The notes beneath the pieces were generated by a model that was given only the letters and a program-made list of their open reading frames with translations, was not told the DNA's origin and did no database searches. This document shows, piece after piece, positions 25,801-40,800 of a stretch of DNA of 64,000 nt (its first letter is position 1; every line of letters starts with the position of its first letter). This DNA comes from Phallusia mammillata. Its lineage: Eukaryota. The position numbers were made by a program, and so were the translations under genes. The DNA lies in contig OZ281501.1 of NCBI GenBank assembly GCA_965637545.1, forward strand, positions 8,432,001 to 8,496,000, in the 5' to 3' direction.

Positions 25801-28800
25801 CATAAAACACACCATCCTGGCCTGACACAAGTCGTAAACTTCGGTAAAGCAAACACCGTTTGACAATAGATGATGCGTTTAACCACAACCTGCATCCAAT
25901 CTCGCATAAATCGACCCTCAATCTGAGACCACATCAAAAAAAACAGCAACCGCCGAATCTATTCAACCCGTGATTACACAAGATTAAGTGGGCTACAGCG
26001 CAGTTAGCACTTTGCTGTGAAAACCGCTGTCGTGTTTACGACTGCTGGGCGGTGCAAGATAATTGTCTGTCGCACGATCGAAATGGGAGCAATATCCGAG
26101 CAATGAAGACGTCTATCTGCTCCCGGAAACAGAGTTGTTTTACTGCGTTCCAGCTTCATTTACTTTCAATCTTGTTTGGCTTCGGTTTAACCTGATGCCC
26201 TCGTACGTCATAATACGATTACGTCAGCACAGGGAAGAGATTGGTAAAGGAACTTAAGTGACCTTTTGTTGTTGTTTGTTTTGATTTTACATTGCCCGGT
26301 TGGCTTTTTAAAAAGGAAACTTGTCCTTTTGTTACATCAAACGGCCAGGTGCTATGCTTGTCAACCACTGAAAGCTTCAAATCTCTGCCTTGCCAATATA
26401 CGTTTCATATGAACGTAATCGAATCTTGTAACGGCCTATGCGTAAGCTTGCTGTCACAAAACATCGTAACGCCTGACAATTGACACGTATATTTCAATAA
26501 AACGTCCAAAACGGCCCTGCTGTATCTGATACAGCACCACACCGAAGCAGTAAATTCTACTTAAAGTATCAAATTTACACAATAACTATTTACCAAAAAA
26601 TATACCTTAAAGCAATATGACACACATGATGCTACCAACGCAAAACACGCAAAATAGATATTACTTTCCTAAACGCACTAAAGTTTCGTGTTATGCAAAT
26701 CATACTGTACATGAAACTACAAACCCCAGGCAGCAATCTGCAAAAAAACGGTGCAAAAACACTTCAAAACGCCGTTTGCGAACTGATAATCGCCAATGAC
26801 CTGAAGGTTGTTATTAGCGTTGTGCGTTTCTGTATGATGGCAACGATCGTTGGCCCTGGCAAATATTGACCTGCGGTAAGCGGTGATAGCATGAAAAAGA
26901 TGGCCTCAAAAATTGAATTGTGGGCGGGTTTGACCTTTTTCTGTACGGCCCTGTATTATGGCAAACACACACGCTGCTTTTGTGAAGATACACCTAAAGG
27001 AGTTAGGTAAACGTTTTGTGGAAGTTAAAGTTTCACCAAAATAGACTTGTTTGTTTTCAAAACCAAATGTTACAAACTGCTTTGACATAACAGTAACATC
27101 AATATCTATATCACGGCGAAAACATCTCCGCATATCCTATATCAACTGAATTATCTGGGTATTGTTTATTAGTAATGAAAGATATATACATGTAAGATCA
27201 AGCAATGTGATATGGAAAACATTTCTACCAAGATAGCAAGACAACGAAAATAGAATTCCAGCACATTTATCCCTTGTGGGTTCGCAAAGGCGCCTGGGTA
27301 TGTTTTCTAGCCAAGATTTCGTGTTTTCTTTGCGCGTTAATCAGCTTACAACAAGTGTCCTGTTTTACGCAGCGCCATTTCTCCCTGGCAAATTCGATGC
27401 CAATTTCATTACACTGCCCACAAACACACGTTGAAGGTCCCACTGTGGGTGTTTATGCGAGGCGGGATAAATGATAATTGATAAATAACACCACGAGGAA
27501 CATCTGGCGTCGTTTGCATGGAGCGATGACAGATAACACACCCGGCAAACGTGTATGGCATATTGCGTGGCTTTAAGCGGCGGAAATTAAATTTCAATAA
27601 ACGTCAAGAGCCGTGGCCTAGTGACCCGCTATACTTCAACACTTGAAAATTTCCTGTTGCTGGAATTTTTCGCACTAAACAAAAGCAAAGGCACCTTGAC
27701 TAATTTGACCTTTGCAACTATATACACATTCTGTTCATTGGTTTAATGACGAATATAACGGCACATTTATACGTAGAACGCAACATGCGTTATTATTTAT
27801 AAAAAATAACTCATTTGGCCTGTTATACTTGAGTTATACCTGCCTATACGACAACACTGATTGAGACAGCCCAGCGTAAATATACCAAGATGCCACAAAA
27901 CAGTCGCTACAAAACTAAAACCTGCATAATAAAATGACCTTAAATGTAAAAAACCAACTACAAACCGAACGCAATCTTGCATCAGTAATAACCAAATCGA
28001 CACTGCACCTACTTGAGTATGAAAAGCTAGGTGCTGTAGTCTGAGTAGCGCTCAAGTGCACAACATTGCTGCAACAAGTCCGGCTAACAACTATTCAAAC
28101 CAACCCGTAGTCAATACAGACTGCGAAATGTTAGGGCTTTATTTATAGTGCGGGACTTCATTGTTTTGACATTTTAAGCACAAGTTTTTGAGACAACCAA
28201 CACATGAAACGCTGCATTTTGAACCAGCATTTATATGTCAGAGTAAACTCCAGAGACGAAAGAAAACGCAACATCTCCTATTGCCTCAGCAATTTTTCCA
28301 ATGAGTAGCCTACCATCACAGAAAAGACTAGCTTAGACCACAACACGACTACAGCATCTGTCACTGAGTGCAAATAAGTTTGAGGTCAGACCCTTGCACC
28401 GACTTCCATCCCTCACAGAAAGACTAAGAAGTTATATCTTTTCTCTTGTGGAATATGTCAGTTGGAGCCTGACAGTCGCAACCGCATGTCTAGCATCAGT
28501 GCAGGAGTTTGTCACTGGTGGCATATCACTCCGCAAAACATAGGAAAGTTGTTGACTTAACACGTTTAATTGCTGCAACCGTGCCAAGACTGCAGAAAAA
28601 TCAAAATGTCAGCAAAATGTTCTGAGATGTGTTCACACGTCTGGACATAGGTAACTTAAACCTGCTAAAGTTCAGCTACACCTGCCATGATATCTTTGCT
28701 TTAACATACCCAATGGGACTGCTTTAACGGGAAAGATCTTTTTTCTGGGCCTCTTGACAAAGCCCCACCCACAATCTACACAAGCTTCAACAATCTTAAG

Positions 28801-31800
28801 TGACTTGAGAAAAACATCCGTTTACGCGAGAGAATTGGCAACTTGGCAACAGGATTTCGGTTGTTGACGATATTAAGTACCTTCTGCTGTCGGGAAAGCA
28901 AACCAAGCTGCTGGTGAGATGTGAACAACATATGGCAACGTAGATCAAAGCTGTAATCTTAATCACGGTTTTTAAGTTAAACTAGCGAAATATGATGTTT
29001 GTCTTAGAAAGTGTTTCGGCCCAAAATGAAATTCTTCAAAACAAGGTGCGGTTAATTAATTGCTCGAGAAGTTGGAGCTGCAGAAAAGGCTCTAACAATC
29101 ATTTGTAAAAGCTATATACCTTGTTTGTTCGCACATGTTCGAAAATTCATTATTCAAGACAGTGCGATTGTGTAAAGGGAATACGTTGCACAACAGCCTA
29201 GCATTCTATTTCCATCAGCCTTTGGCGGTAAAAATAACTGTGAAAGGACTGAAACTTTGGAACTTGTTTAGTCAACAACCTTGATTCAGTCACACCGCTT
29301 CACAATCACGCGAACTGACGAAAGTTGCCACAACAAACTTGATACTGTTAGCGAAGGTGCCACATTCATTTCAAATGGAGGCGCCAGTTCTGCTTCGTCT
29401 GCTTCTTGATTGTTACGTCACAAGTACGCAACGTTCAGTTAAAACCAGTACTTTAAAAAATGCCTAACATTGGCAAAATTATTCATTTTAAGGGCTGATT
29501 AAACTTGATCATCGCCATAAAGTTTATTTTTTATCTGCATGTGTGCCTAAAATTTAACAAAAGCACATTACCAGCATAAGAAACGAGTATAAACCGAATT
29601 TTCGAGCGAGCGTCTTGCAGTAAACCATAAAATATTATCAAAAACATTTAACCAACGATCTATGCCTACCTTAATTCGAATCAACTCCATTTGCAAACCG
29701 CTGCGCTTGAACAAACAAAGATGACTTCGACACCTTCTTTAGCAAAACGACAACCTTATTTAAACACCCCATGCATTTACAACAGCGGCCTACATCACGT
29801 TCGTAGAAGTCTTTCACTAAACAACCACATCATGATATCCCAAACCACAAGAAACCTAGTAGCATTTGATTAAGCGCGCTGCATTTATCACGTTTTCAAC
29901 TCTGCACAACGATCTGATATAGAAAGCTAAATGATTATTATCTTTCCAATGCCACAAGCCATTGAAAACAAATAGCAATATGAAGAGGCTTAATTTACAG
30001 CAACAGCTCATAACTTCACAAGTGCCGTTGTTTACAATTTCTTCGCAGAGGTTCGCCCAGGTTGCGCTACGTCATAAATGCATATGAATAGAAATGGATC
30101 TCGCGTGACGAAGGACTTCGTGAGAGAGGATTTCACGTTGAAATTCGCTTCAATGCGCCTTGTGTAAATTTCAGTTGGCCTCGAAATCACCTGTTCTGTC
30201 AAAAACCTCCAACGAGTGACACACACGCCCTTGCTAATGGAGTTCAGATGGAAGTGAGGTAATGGAATTGGAAAGCACTTTAAAGCTAGGTGGGTTTCCA
30301 TGGGAAAGAGACAATAATTCGTTTGTGAATTAGTCAAGAAGTTTTACATTATTATGTCAGTTAATGGATCAACTGTATTACTAGATTTCCTGTGGAGCTT
30401 GTTACATTTGTGATTTGCACTAACATACAACAAACATCAAAAAAACATGTAACCTTTATATAAGGTATGAACAAGTGCGGTAGCGGTTGGAAAAAGCACA
30501 ATGTGTTTCTGATTAATGATAACTTCGCCCGATCAGGGTGAAACCCGGGTCCGGACATTAATATTGTTCAACTTCAGGGTGTGTTCTACAGTTTTGCCAT
30601 TAATAAATCAAAACGTCTGTTTTGACGATGATATACGCAGTGCGTGACGTACAACTTTGCTTGGATCTATTAATATACGTCTTCCGCAGTAAAGTAAGTA
30701 ATGCTCCCCACCTGTTTGAGCTAAATAAAGAAGAGGAAGGGTTTGATACGAAAATAAAGAACTTATATATGAAGGAAGAGTGCTCTTTTGAAAGTATTTG
30801 GCAACAATAATTTACTGCGATATAGTTAATCAACCTCTTTGTGAGATAAACTTCTAAAAATAATGCTGATTATTACATAAGCACGAGGTGACATGTAAAA
30901 GTGTGTTAAAAAGGCAAGTCTGAAAGATGATGCAATACCACTTTTAGCATGTCACTATGCACTTGTGTTTTATTCCAATAGTAAACCACGTGACACGAAA
31001 TTTTGTTTTGCAGATAGTAAAAAAATTTTTAGCAAAAGAAAGAAATATCACGCACCATTTTCGATTGAGTTTTGTCTCATGACTTGGGCGAGTTCAAATC
31101 CGTGCGAGAGACGACGGGAGACCGAATCATAACTGCTTCTGGTGCGGGAAGGGGGGCGTGGTGGGACGAGCGCGTTGCTGATTGGACTGTAGAAATAAGT
31201 GATCGATCGATGTTATGCAAACAATAGATATGTGTAGATAGAACACTGATGTGTATGTGAAGAGTTCGAAAAATGTCCGAAATTCTTCTGTAGAGGATTT
31301 TGTTTTGCAAGTAAATTTAGAAAGAAACACCATACAAATGGAGTCCATTAAACTAAAACGCAGTTTAAACGAAAATTTTCCTGGTTGTGGAAGAATCGTA
31401 AAACACAGGTAAAGTACAAAAGTTTGAATTTGAATTATGTACAATTAATTTCATGCGTGGCCACATAATGCTCGTTATTATTTTATTTGCAAAATTCTAC
31501 TCATTAAGCCACAGGTCCAACATTTAAGCGACCAGACATAAATGTTTAACCTTTGACATTCAGTTTAGCTATGCTATTTAGTGACACAGAATTTCCCAAA
31601 TGCGAAAACCACCCTATTATTATCACAACATGTTGTCGCAAAACGACCAATAATTTGCTCGTAACGTGTATTTCAGTTTGTTTGAATCGGTCGTTAACAT
31701 CAGAGGTGCTGTGGGAGTTCAGGGAATTTGTCAGGCGATTACATTCATCAAAACTTTTATGTATTTATAGCCTGCTATACTGCAAACAAGGACAATATAC

Positions 31801-34800
31801 TTTCTGTTCCAAACACTGACCACATGCGTGTACATTAAACAATTTTGGATAGTTTTATATTAGAGCAAACCATAGGTACACAATTTGCCGGTAATTTTTC
31901 AGAAAGAAGAAACTGTTCGAAACGATGTAAGTTTCAAACTCAGATAATCGCTTGTATATTCTTGCTGGGAGCAAAGGCATTTACCTCGATAATTCTGCAG
32001 CTGTCAGGTTAACACTTGGGTCAATTCTTCTCTCCAATTCAATGGAAAAAGATCTTCGTCTGCGCCGCACTACATCAGTCTTGACGGGTGAGGATTCCAC
32101 TGCAAACACATCAGATGCTTTATAAGGCCACACCCATGGTAAAATTCGATTTTCAAAAACTAAATGAGTTTAAGTATATATCAAACAAAGGGGCAAAGCA
32201 GTTTATTAACCTGGCATATCGGCAACGTTGGTCAGTTGGGCGATGTAGCGGTCAAGCTCGTCCAGCTGGCTTTGCAAATCCGGACCAAGTTCCGGTTTCG
32301 CGTCCTGAGCGGTGGGACGTGTCTCCTGGGGCCGGGCTGACGTCACAGTGGACAAAGGAGTGCTCGGCGACGTGACGCTTGACGACCGGCTGCTTGGTGA
32401 CGTCACACTTGATAATGGGCTGCTACGTGACGTCCTGAGGATATGACGGTTGTGTATATTTGTGTTGAAAACAAAAGCGTGTTCATTTTTTCCATGTTTT
32501 GTATATGTTGAACCACAACCTTTCAACTGATGAGAATTTCATGTTATTCAACTCTGACATGAAAACAAGTTTTGAAATATTTTGCAAAAACTTTCTTAAA
32601 GCAGTATATTGCACGTGACAGATTACAATACACCAAATGCTTGTGCATATTTGAACCAGCATAAATTTTAGTTTACTGGACTGTGTAACTTGAATTCGTA
32701 ATGCACTAAGCGGCCCATTAAAGGCATTTTAGACAAGCCGTAGCAAATTTTCAATTAAACTTTGTCGTTTTCATGAATATATCATGAGAACCGAATATCA
32801 TCCAATATCAACAAAACTTGACCCCGGATGTAATTATTGGATTAACGTCCAATAAAAACACAAGTTGTAATACAAAAACAATGTACCTGTACATAAATAA
32901 TTAAAGAATATAACTACAAAGCAATGCTGAAGATTAAATGTAATGCGCAAAATCCATGTATACAAAGCACAGCACATGTAGCAGGTCAACGCCAAGATAT
33001 GCTTACGTCAATTTTTTCTTCTGCTGCTGGAGTTGACTAGCAAGAGGAACTTCTTTCGGATGTTGCACGGATCCACCACGCACCAACTTCTGCTTGTTCT
33101 CAAACTCAATCTGGAACTTATCTTGTTTCTCTCTTTCTAATTTTCTCTTCTCCTCTTGCTCCAAAAAGTGTCTCTCCCTCCTCTTCAGCAGAAGCTTTTC
33201 CTGCTCCATTTGCCTTCGCATGATATCTCGCTCCTCCTCCCGCCTCCTCCGTTGCAGCTCCTCGTGTTGTTTCTCCTCCTGGAGTTTTATCTGCTGCTGT
33301 AGTGTGGGAATATGCTGGGGCTGATGCATGGGGTGAGCATAGGCAGGGGTGAAAACCACAGCACGCTCAGCGACCCGGGGGTCAGCCACCTTGAACCCAG
33401 GGGATGTTTCGTGAAAGTGGGGGTGATGCTCAGGAGGCATAGCGGTCGCTGCCATGTCTAAAGGCGGTGGCTTCTGCAAAAAAGTATGATAGTACAAATT
33501 AAAGCCCAAAAACAAAGTTGAAGATTGATAATTTTACCTTCAAAAAAAGAAAAAACGGGAACTTTTTTGTTAAAAAACTGATAGATTATGTAAAACGTAG
33601 TATCTTTATAGTGTGCAAGGTAAAATTGTCCACTAATTCTCCGATTCTTTCGATATCTTATTAGATATTTGTTGACAGTGCTAAAATTGTTAATCAGAAG
33701 AAGGCATTTGCCAACAACGGCTTACCTGGTTACAGGCAAGAGTAATTACAACAACAGTCACTATCTAAGCTGCAAAACAAGAGATAAAAGGACATTCTAA
33801 AAGAATTTAAAATACAAAAACTTTAATCAAAAAAGAATACATCTTTTTACGAAATCTATAAATATGCTTTCCTAAAGTCTCCATCTGTCTTATCTTTCGC
33901 TCCCAGAATCTTATCTTTCGCTCCCAAATGTTTTCTGGTGACTCTGGACTAAAGGGTAGCTAGAGTAGAAACAAGTGATCATCACTGGTAAGCGAACTGA
34001 ACCCAGGTGATACCGCACAGACAATACGTAGTCAGTCAGGCAGAAACTGAATGCCTGCGACGCATTCTTGGGATCACCAATGCGAAATTGTACCCATGTG
34101 AATAAAAGCTGGGTTCGATGCCCTGTATTTTGGGCCGGGTTTGGGGAGTTTTTCTAGGTTAAAGATTGGTCTGGAACGATGATAGCGTGACTAGGTGATG
34201 GTAACGCTTAGACTTGGTTTCAGCAAGTGCGACACGATCAAAGTATATTTAGCCCGTAATTTTAGTATTTCGACATTTACGGATCATTTAAAAAACATAT
34301 ATAAGATAGATATCCCCGTATACAATTCAAAAAAAAAATCCAAAGCAGTCTGAAGATGCAAATTAAATCCAAATTGCCGCTGGGATGCAGCTTGAACTTC
34401 ATGATATACCACACAACAAAATAAGGCTAGAATCATAAAGTTTGTCGGACTACAATACAGACATCTACATCAACTGTACCTGTTCAACAACATGAAGATA
34501 ATCCTATACACCAAAAAGACTTTTGTACATCTAAAATGCAACGCTGGTAATACTAACGCTTCAACCAAAGGCCAAGCTACATCAAACATCTGCAGTTGGT
34601 CAGATAATCCTCAGTACATAAATGCGCGGGCTCAAAGCCGTATCGTTTCACACATTGGTAAGATAGAGAGCTCTGGTAGACCATAATCCCATTACAAGGC
34701 GCCGAGTTTAATGGTACGTTCTGTGAACGATTTGTCAACGTAAAACTGTCAGCTACTTTACGAAGTTGTCTAGGCGACAACATTGAACCTATCGATCATC

Positions 34801-37800
34801 TGATGCCAGGTTACGATGCTGCGCTTAAAAAGTGGCGACGAGGGGCTGTTTTAAAATCATTAATTGGCCACTTTAATGTGGATGAACTGATATGTCCATG
34901 AAAACATCTGTACGCATCTGTGCGAATTTTTAGCTTGGTTTCTTATTCATGTCAAAGTAGAAAACATTGCGCAGCCTGGCACATGTAAAAGTTAAAAGCA
35001 CAATTGTGTGCTAAAAATTACACACGATGCATGAGACAAACTGCTCATCCGATAAAGATCAAGTTGCAGACATATAGCCTGTGGCTCTTTATCCCAATAT
35101 GAATAATTCACTGGGAAGCTGTAGAATGAAAATGACCGTCTACTAGTGTCGAAATGGAATTATCGAATGACTTAAGTGTCAGAAAAAAACGTGTTTGGTT
35201 TATTCATATTCACGCAACAAGTGTTTAAGTATGATATGGGATCAATTTGAGGCTCGTTAAGTGCAATTCCTAACTACCATTGGGAAAGTACAGTGCTTCC
35301 TGCAACCACGACCTATATGTGAAAATACAACCGAAACGTGGGAATCAAGAGTGGAACATGAATACTTAAGACTGAATTGATCATCTCATCTATTCAGTAA
35401 AACAGTGGGATCACTATAGGCCATATTAGCTAGTTTCAAGTAAATTCGCTGGAATAATGGACTTAAAATGCTATACGAGTGGGTTATACCAACGCACTTA
35501 CATATATATCGATTGCCAAAATACCCTGTGGTGCTAATGTAAACAATCAACAAGCAAGGTTAACACCATATGTAGTCATAAATTGCGGCCCCCACAACCA
35601 CAGTAGAGCGCTAGACACTACATAGTGAACAACAACCCACATTCTGCGGCAAGAAACGCGCCAAGCCATATTAGGATTGCCTCAGCGAAAGTCCGACTTC
35701 AGGGTAATCCCCTGTTGTGCAACACGCAATTAAGGCCGTGGGAGAGTTTGGAGAACTTTGGAGGAAACACTTATATGGCACACAGGAAAATGATTTAATG
35801 TATAAACGCGGTTTTCAGCATTTCGGACATGAATATTAAAGATCACCACAACACAGCCGTTCTTTGGATTCTTTTCGCAATAAAACCACGGCTATATATC
35901 GTAAATCAATGCAGTTAGTACTAAACGATCTATAAACGATTAATATATTGCTGTAATTACGCTGTATTTAAATTGGCTGTCATTAAACGGTAATTGTGAT
36001 AAGCGTCATTAAAATAAACCGAACCTGATCATCTTTTATCTTAACTGATACTATTTATACGTTCGGAAACGAAACTGAGAAATTACACAAAGTGCAAACT
36101 AAATTTAGACAAAACACGAAGGACTATCAAAGTACTTTAAAACAATCATTTTCAAAACTTCAAATGGAAAACAAATCTTTTCTAAAACAATTGCTACAGA
36201 CAAAATGTGGCAAGCAGTGGCAATTTTTCAGAAAAAAAACTTTTACAGACCATATCAGCAATGACCTTACTTGCTGGCTGGACAACATTATTGTCGTGTT
36301 CTATCTCGTATTTGCAAGTTGATTCACTATATCTCATCCACTAACAAGCGACTGCTCAGTGTTTTGGAGTCACAACTTACAACACTGAGTAAATTGCCCG
36401 AATACCCAATTTAGGTTATTAGCGTGGTCGTTTGGTACATTCCGTGGTTGCAACTAATGGGGGTAGAAAATTCCACCACTGCAAAATAACTTCATATGTT
36501 CCAAATAAAAGTGGTTTGGTGATATTTTTGGAGCACTTATATGTTGAAAAACATGTTTTTTTACAAAACCACCACAAATGCAAGATACTCTTCATTTGGT
36601 GTATAAAATGTGCTTAAAAATTACCCTCCAACAATTTGAAAACACCTTTTTTGCTGAATGCTGATCAAAACCTTACGCTAGTGAAACAGTTAACGTCGTC
36701 TAGACTATTTCTAAACAGTATTGGACTGAGCTATCCTGTCGAAGGCCTTTAGCCAACATAAGCTGTGAGATTTCCTACCAACTTATCAGCAATGTCTTAC
36801 ATCCTGAGACGAATTTAAACCACGCCTTTAGGCAAATATGCTTCCGCAGCCAGTACATCTATTCTAGCGATCGCCAGGCTAAGACGACTATCTTATCATG
36901 GTACCACCTCGTTAGCAAGGGTAAACTGAACGCACTAAAGTGGAGTAAATAGTTACTTTATCTGAGCAGCGGCGTCGCCAACTTATAACCGACTGTCTGG
37001 CACAGTTCAGATAACACACCGGTCTTGCGACGCCTCTCTATGACGTCACAAACCAACAATTGGGATGACGAGTTGCTGACCGGTGCACAGCCCAACACAA
37101 AGTACAGAACAGTGGACAAAAACAAGCCCTTTATCTTTCTAAATCGGTCGGGTTCTTTTGTTTTTCAGCCAAAGCGCTGTCAACGAGCCGGCGCTTTTTA
37201 GGAAATGTGGCGGAGCGCGTGTTTCCTGTATAGGCCAGAATTGATTGTGACCTCACCATGAGCATTGTGATGTCGCGAATGGTTTGGTGAGAAAGTATGG
37301 TTGGCTCTGTATTACTTTTTCGAACGACCTGAACAACAAACCGTGTGACCTGATGTAACAGTGGTTCGGTCCTAATATTTTTAGTGGTCGACGTAAACAG
37401 ATGTAATGCTAAAACTGCGTGGGTTAGACAGCGATACGATATCACTTTGGTTCACCGCAGGTTAAATCACCCCACTGAAATGCAAGTGTGTGATTGACAA
37501 CGCGACTTTCAAACCATCCTGGCTTATCTCAAAGCCTAAAGTAACAAAATACGACTGCATGCATTTGGGCTTGAGTAGGTTGAAGCCAACTCTGACACCT
37601 AAACCAAGCATTTCCAAAAGTGCCAAAATACGCGCATATAAAGAGCATGGGTTCGGTTTACAGTCAAGTAAATAATGTGTTGTACTTTTCATAGCTGATG
37701 AGTAAAATGTTTAGCGAGCCAAAGCTAATTTTGGCTAACAACTTCACTACATAAATTTTAGGGACCCATTGCATGATCCAAAGCGAAAACAAGACGTGTA

Positions 37801-40800
37801 TGTTAAATCACTGGATGTGATCAAAAAAAGATGCCGCAACAAGCCAGTCATTCTGCAGCATTAAGTTCTGTTTTCTTTAACACGCTGTCGGATTTGGAAA
37901 CAAACATCGGGCGTGACATCAAAGACCTGCTCAGCGATCCATCAAGCTACACGACTAGTTGATATACAACACAGCTGGGTGCCGTGAACCGAGATGACAT
38001 GATGTGATATATAACCTATCATGGAGGCCTGCTTGCTTAGTGTACGTTGGGTTGGATTGACAAAATAAGAGTTTGTTATGTAGCACTGTAACTTGGTGAA
38101 TAAGACTACTTACAAATTTGGTCGCAATAATTTTATAACTGTATTTATGTGATGTGGTCGCAGCTGTGTAGTTGACTGTATATCATGCAAACAACTTATA
38201 CACATGGGCGCGATCAGAAAAATTTGCAAGTGGGGACAAGGTTGACACATACACATAGGCTCACCATTTTGGGCAAGTTATGTGCCGGCGCCCATGCTTA
38301 TGTAAAGCATAAAATAAGTTTGATTTTAAAAACGTCACAGATATAGGCTTTTCAATAAATAAATATGGGGTTGAAAGTTTAATGTCGTGTGTTCGAAATC
38401 GTGTGAACATATTTGTTCATTTGCCACGGTTTGGTCTTCAAACGTTGAAAGCATGTAATGATTAGCTTGTCATCGTCTTTAATTGTCCATGCTACACATT
38501 TACCGTGAACTTTCACAGTTAAGTGTTTATCATTGCTGTTTTATATATACAGACGTTACGTAATGCGGAGTGCTCACATTTTATGGCATGTTATGTCTCA
38601 GTGCATTGTGGGAAAATGGCAATACAGGACATGAATAGGGATGTCCGTATTGCAGAATAACTGTCGAGCGATTGCCAATTTGTTGGTTATATCGTGTGAA
38701 CTAGATGACAAATAATTGTAAATGACACCAAACGATACCGATACTAAAGAAACATCATTCTGCCCAAAATTGCGTATAAAACAACGTCAAAACACAAATT
38801 TTAGCCCTGTGATAAGGCAATCATAAATAAAATGAAGAGCCCTATGTTGTCAAAAGAAAATCTAGTACTTTTCAACTTCGGAAAACAGTAAGATACAAAA
38901 CCAGCAAATTCATATTGCACTTTGCTACAAAAACACTGCACCGCGATCGCCCCCCAGTGACATAATAATATACAGGAACACAAAGCCACAGCGCCACCCG
39001 CTGGCGGGACCAATAAAGGTCAACGTAATTTGTCATAGTTTTCGGCCTATTTGTATCTGTGGAATTTCACGCTTTTCACCGAGATAACCCCGATGACGTA
39101 ACAAAAGCATCCTGGTTGCGTCATAATTGCACGTTTTGGCACGGCAAGAGTCAGTGAAAGGCAGGTGAAAAGGCAGAGCAAGTAACGACCACCGAAAATA
39201 AAAAAGGTCAAGATTTGAAATCGTATTTGTGAAATAAAACGTTTCATTTACGATTACTTTTATTAATAATATGATTAAATAGTGGCGGTCTAGACTGAAA
39301 TTAACATACTTTTTTACTAATTATACGACTGACACAGGTATATTTGACTGATTGGACTTAGAGAAACTAAAAACAAATCAGCACGAAAATATTAAATAAA
39401 TGGTTGGGATATCCGAATCATCTAATAGGCAAGAGAATAAGTAAAGTAATTAGCTGCACGCTTGGCAAGGACAAAGAACACGACAAACACAAAGTAGTAT
39501 TGATTTGCGGTTATTGTACAATCGATTTGGGATCAACTGATTAGTGTAGAATGAATGTAAGTGGAGTTAAGACCCTCTGGGACCCTGTTTCTTTGTTACG
39601 AATTATTTGTCCTGCACATGGAACGAAATATGGATGAATGCGCAAATGTTTTGGTTGCAATTGCAAGCCTACCAAAAACCAAATTTTCAAAACAAAAAGT
39701 TTTTCGTATTCATCTTTTGTCAAACCCCTTCAGTACGTTAATAAACAAGAACTTACATACAACGTTTCAAAGGAGAGTTCTTTTTTATTTTGACAACAAT
39801 TTAAAGCTATTTCCAAATTAATATTACGTTTATAATGCGAAGTGCATTGCGCACAGAAAAGATAAGAGGGCAAAACTGGGGTCCACGCTTAAATAATGGA
39901 TAAAGCCAATTTTGTCAGCATTTTAGCACCCAAGCCAGCCACAATGTTGACAATATCACGTAAATAATTTATGTATTTTGAGTTCATTGCAAAGGACATG
40001 TCGTTATTGGTCAAATAAAATCCTCTAGTATGCAAACGATTCTGCGCTACAAAAAAACTTTAAAATAAATCTTATGATAGTTTACAACGAGTAAAAAAAT
40101 ATATGACTTATTTCTCTGATTTCCGAAATTGAAAAAAAAAACTATGATTAAATTGAAATAATTTAAAATGCATTTAATTGCGGCAGAATTTAAATCCTAA
40201 TGATTTTCAACATATAGCTGATCTCAGCCTTGACATGAACAGTTGTTAGGATTCTACGATCGATCAGATTTTAATCTTTTCCCCTTCAATTACGTTTCGG
40301 GTCGCTTGAAGCGGACATTCGAACCCCAAGGTCAAATAGGAAAAGGATTTTCGGCTTTCAAGGTCAGATCAACTTAATCTAGACGGTTTAAACAGTCGAT
40401 AAACTGAACAAAAGCGTTTTTACTGCTGATTGCAACCGACACTTCAGGACTAACAAAGCAGCTTAAAGCCTAAAGCTCGTTCACTATCACAAAATAGCCA
40501 AAGGTTCACTAGCACAAAAATAGAAAACAAATGGTACCAGCAGACAAAACCACAAAGGTGTAAGTTATGTTCCACCCCTAATATTAACAAAACGCAAAAA
40601 CTCGTTTTTTTGCATTGCAACTAAACACAATATTTTGCCTGAAAAACTTATAAAAATAGTAATATTTACCATGGAAAGCGCTAAACTTTTATTGAACAAA
40701 CTTTTAAGTGTACGTATTATTGTTGCTCAAATATTTGTGACGTCACAGTTACAGGGGGAGTCAAACTCAAAACGTCGGAGGTTTTAACATGTCAGTGACC

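Noticed and set aside
34025-34125. A-box/B-box-like motifs suggesting a tRNA gene
   Set aside because: Spacing too long and no cloverleaf; at most a SINE remnant
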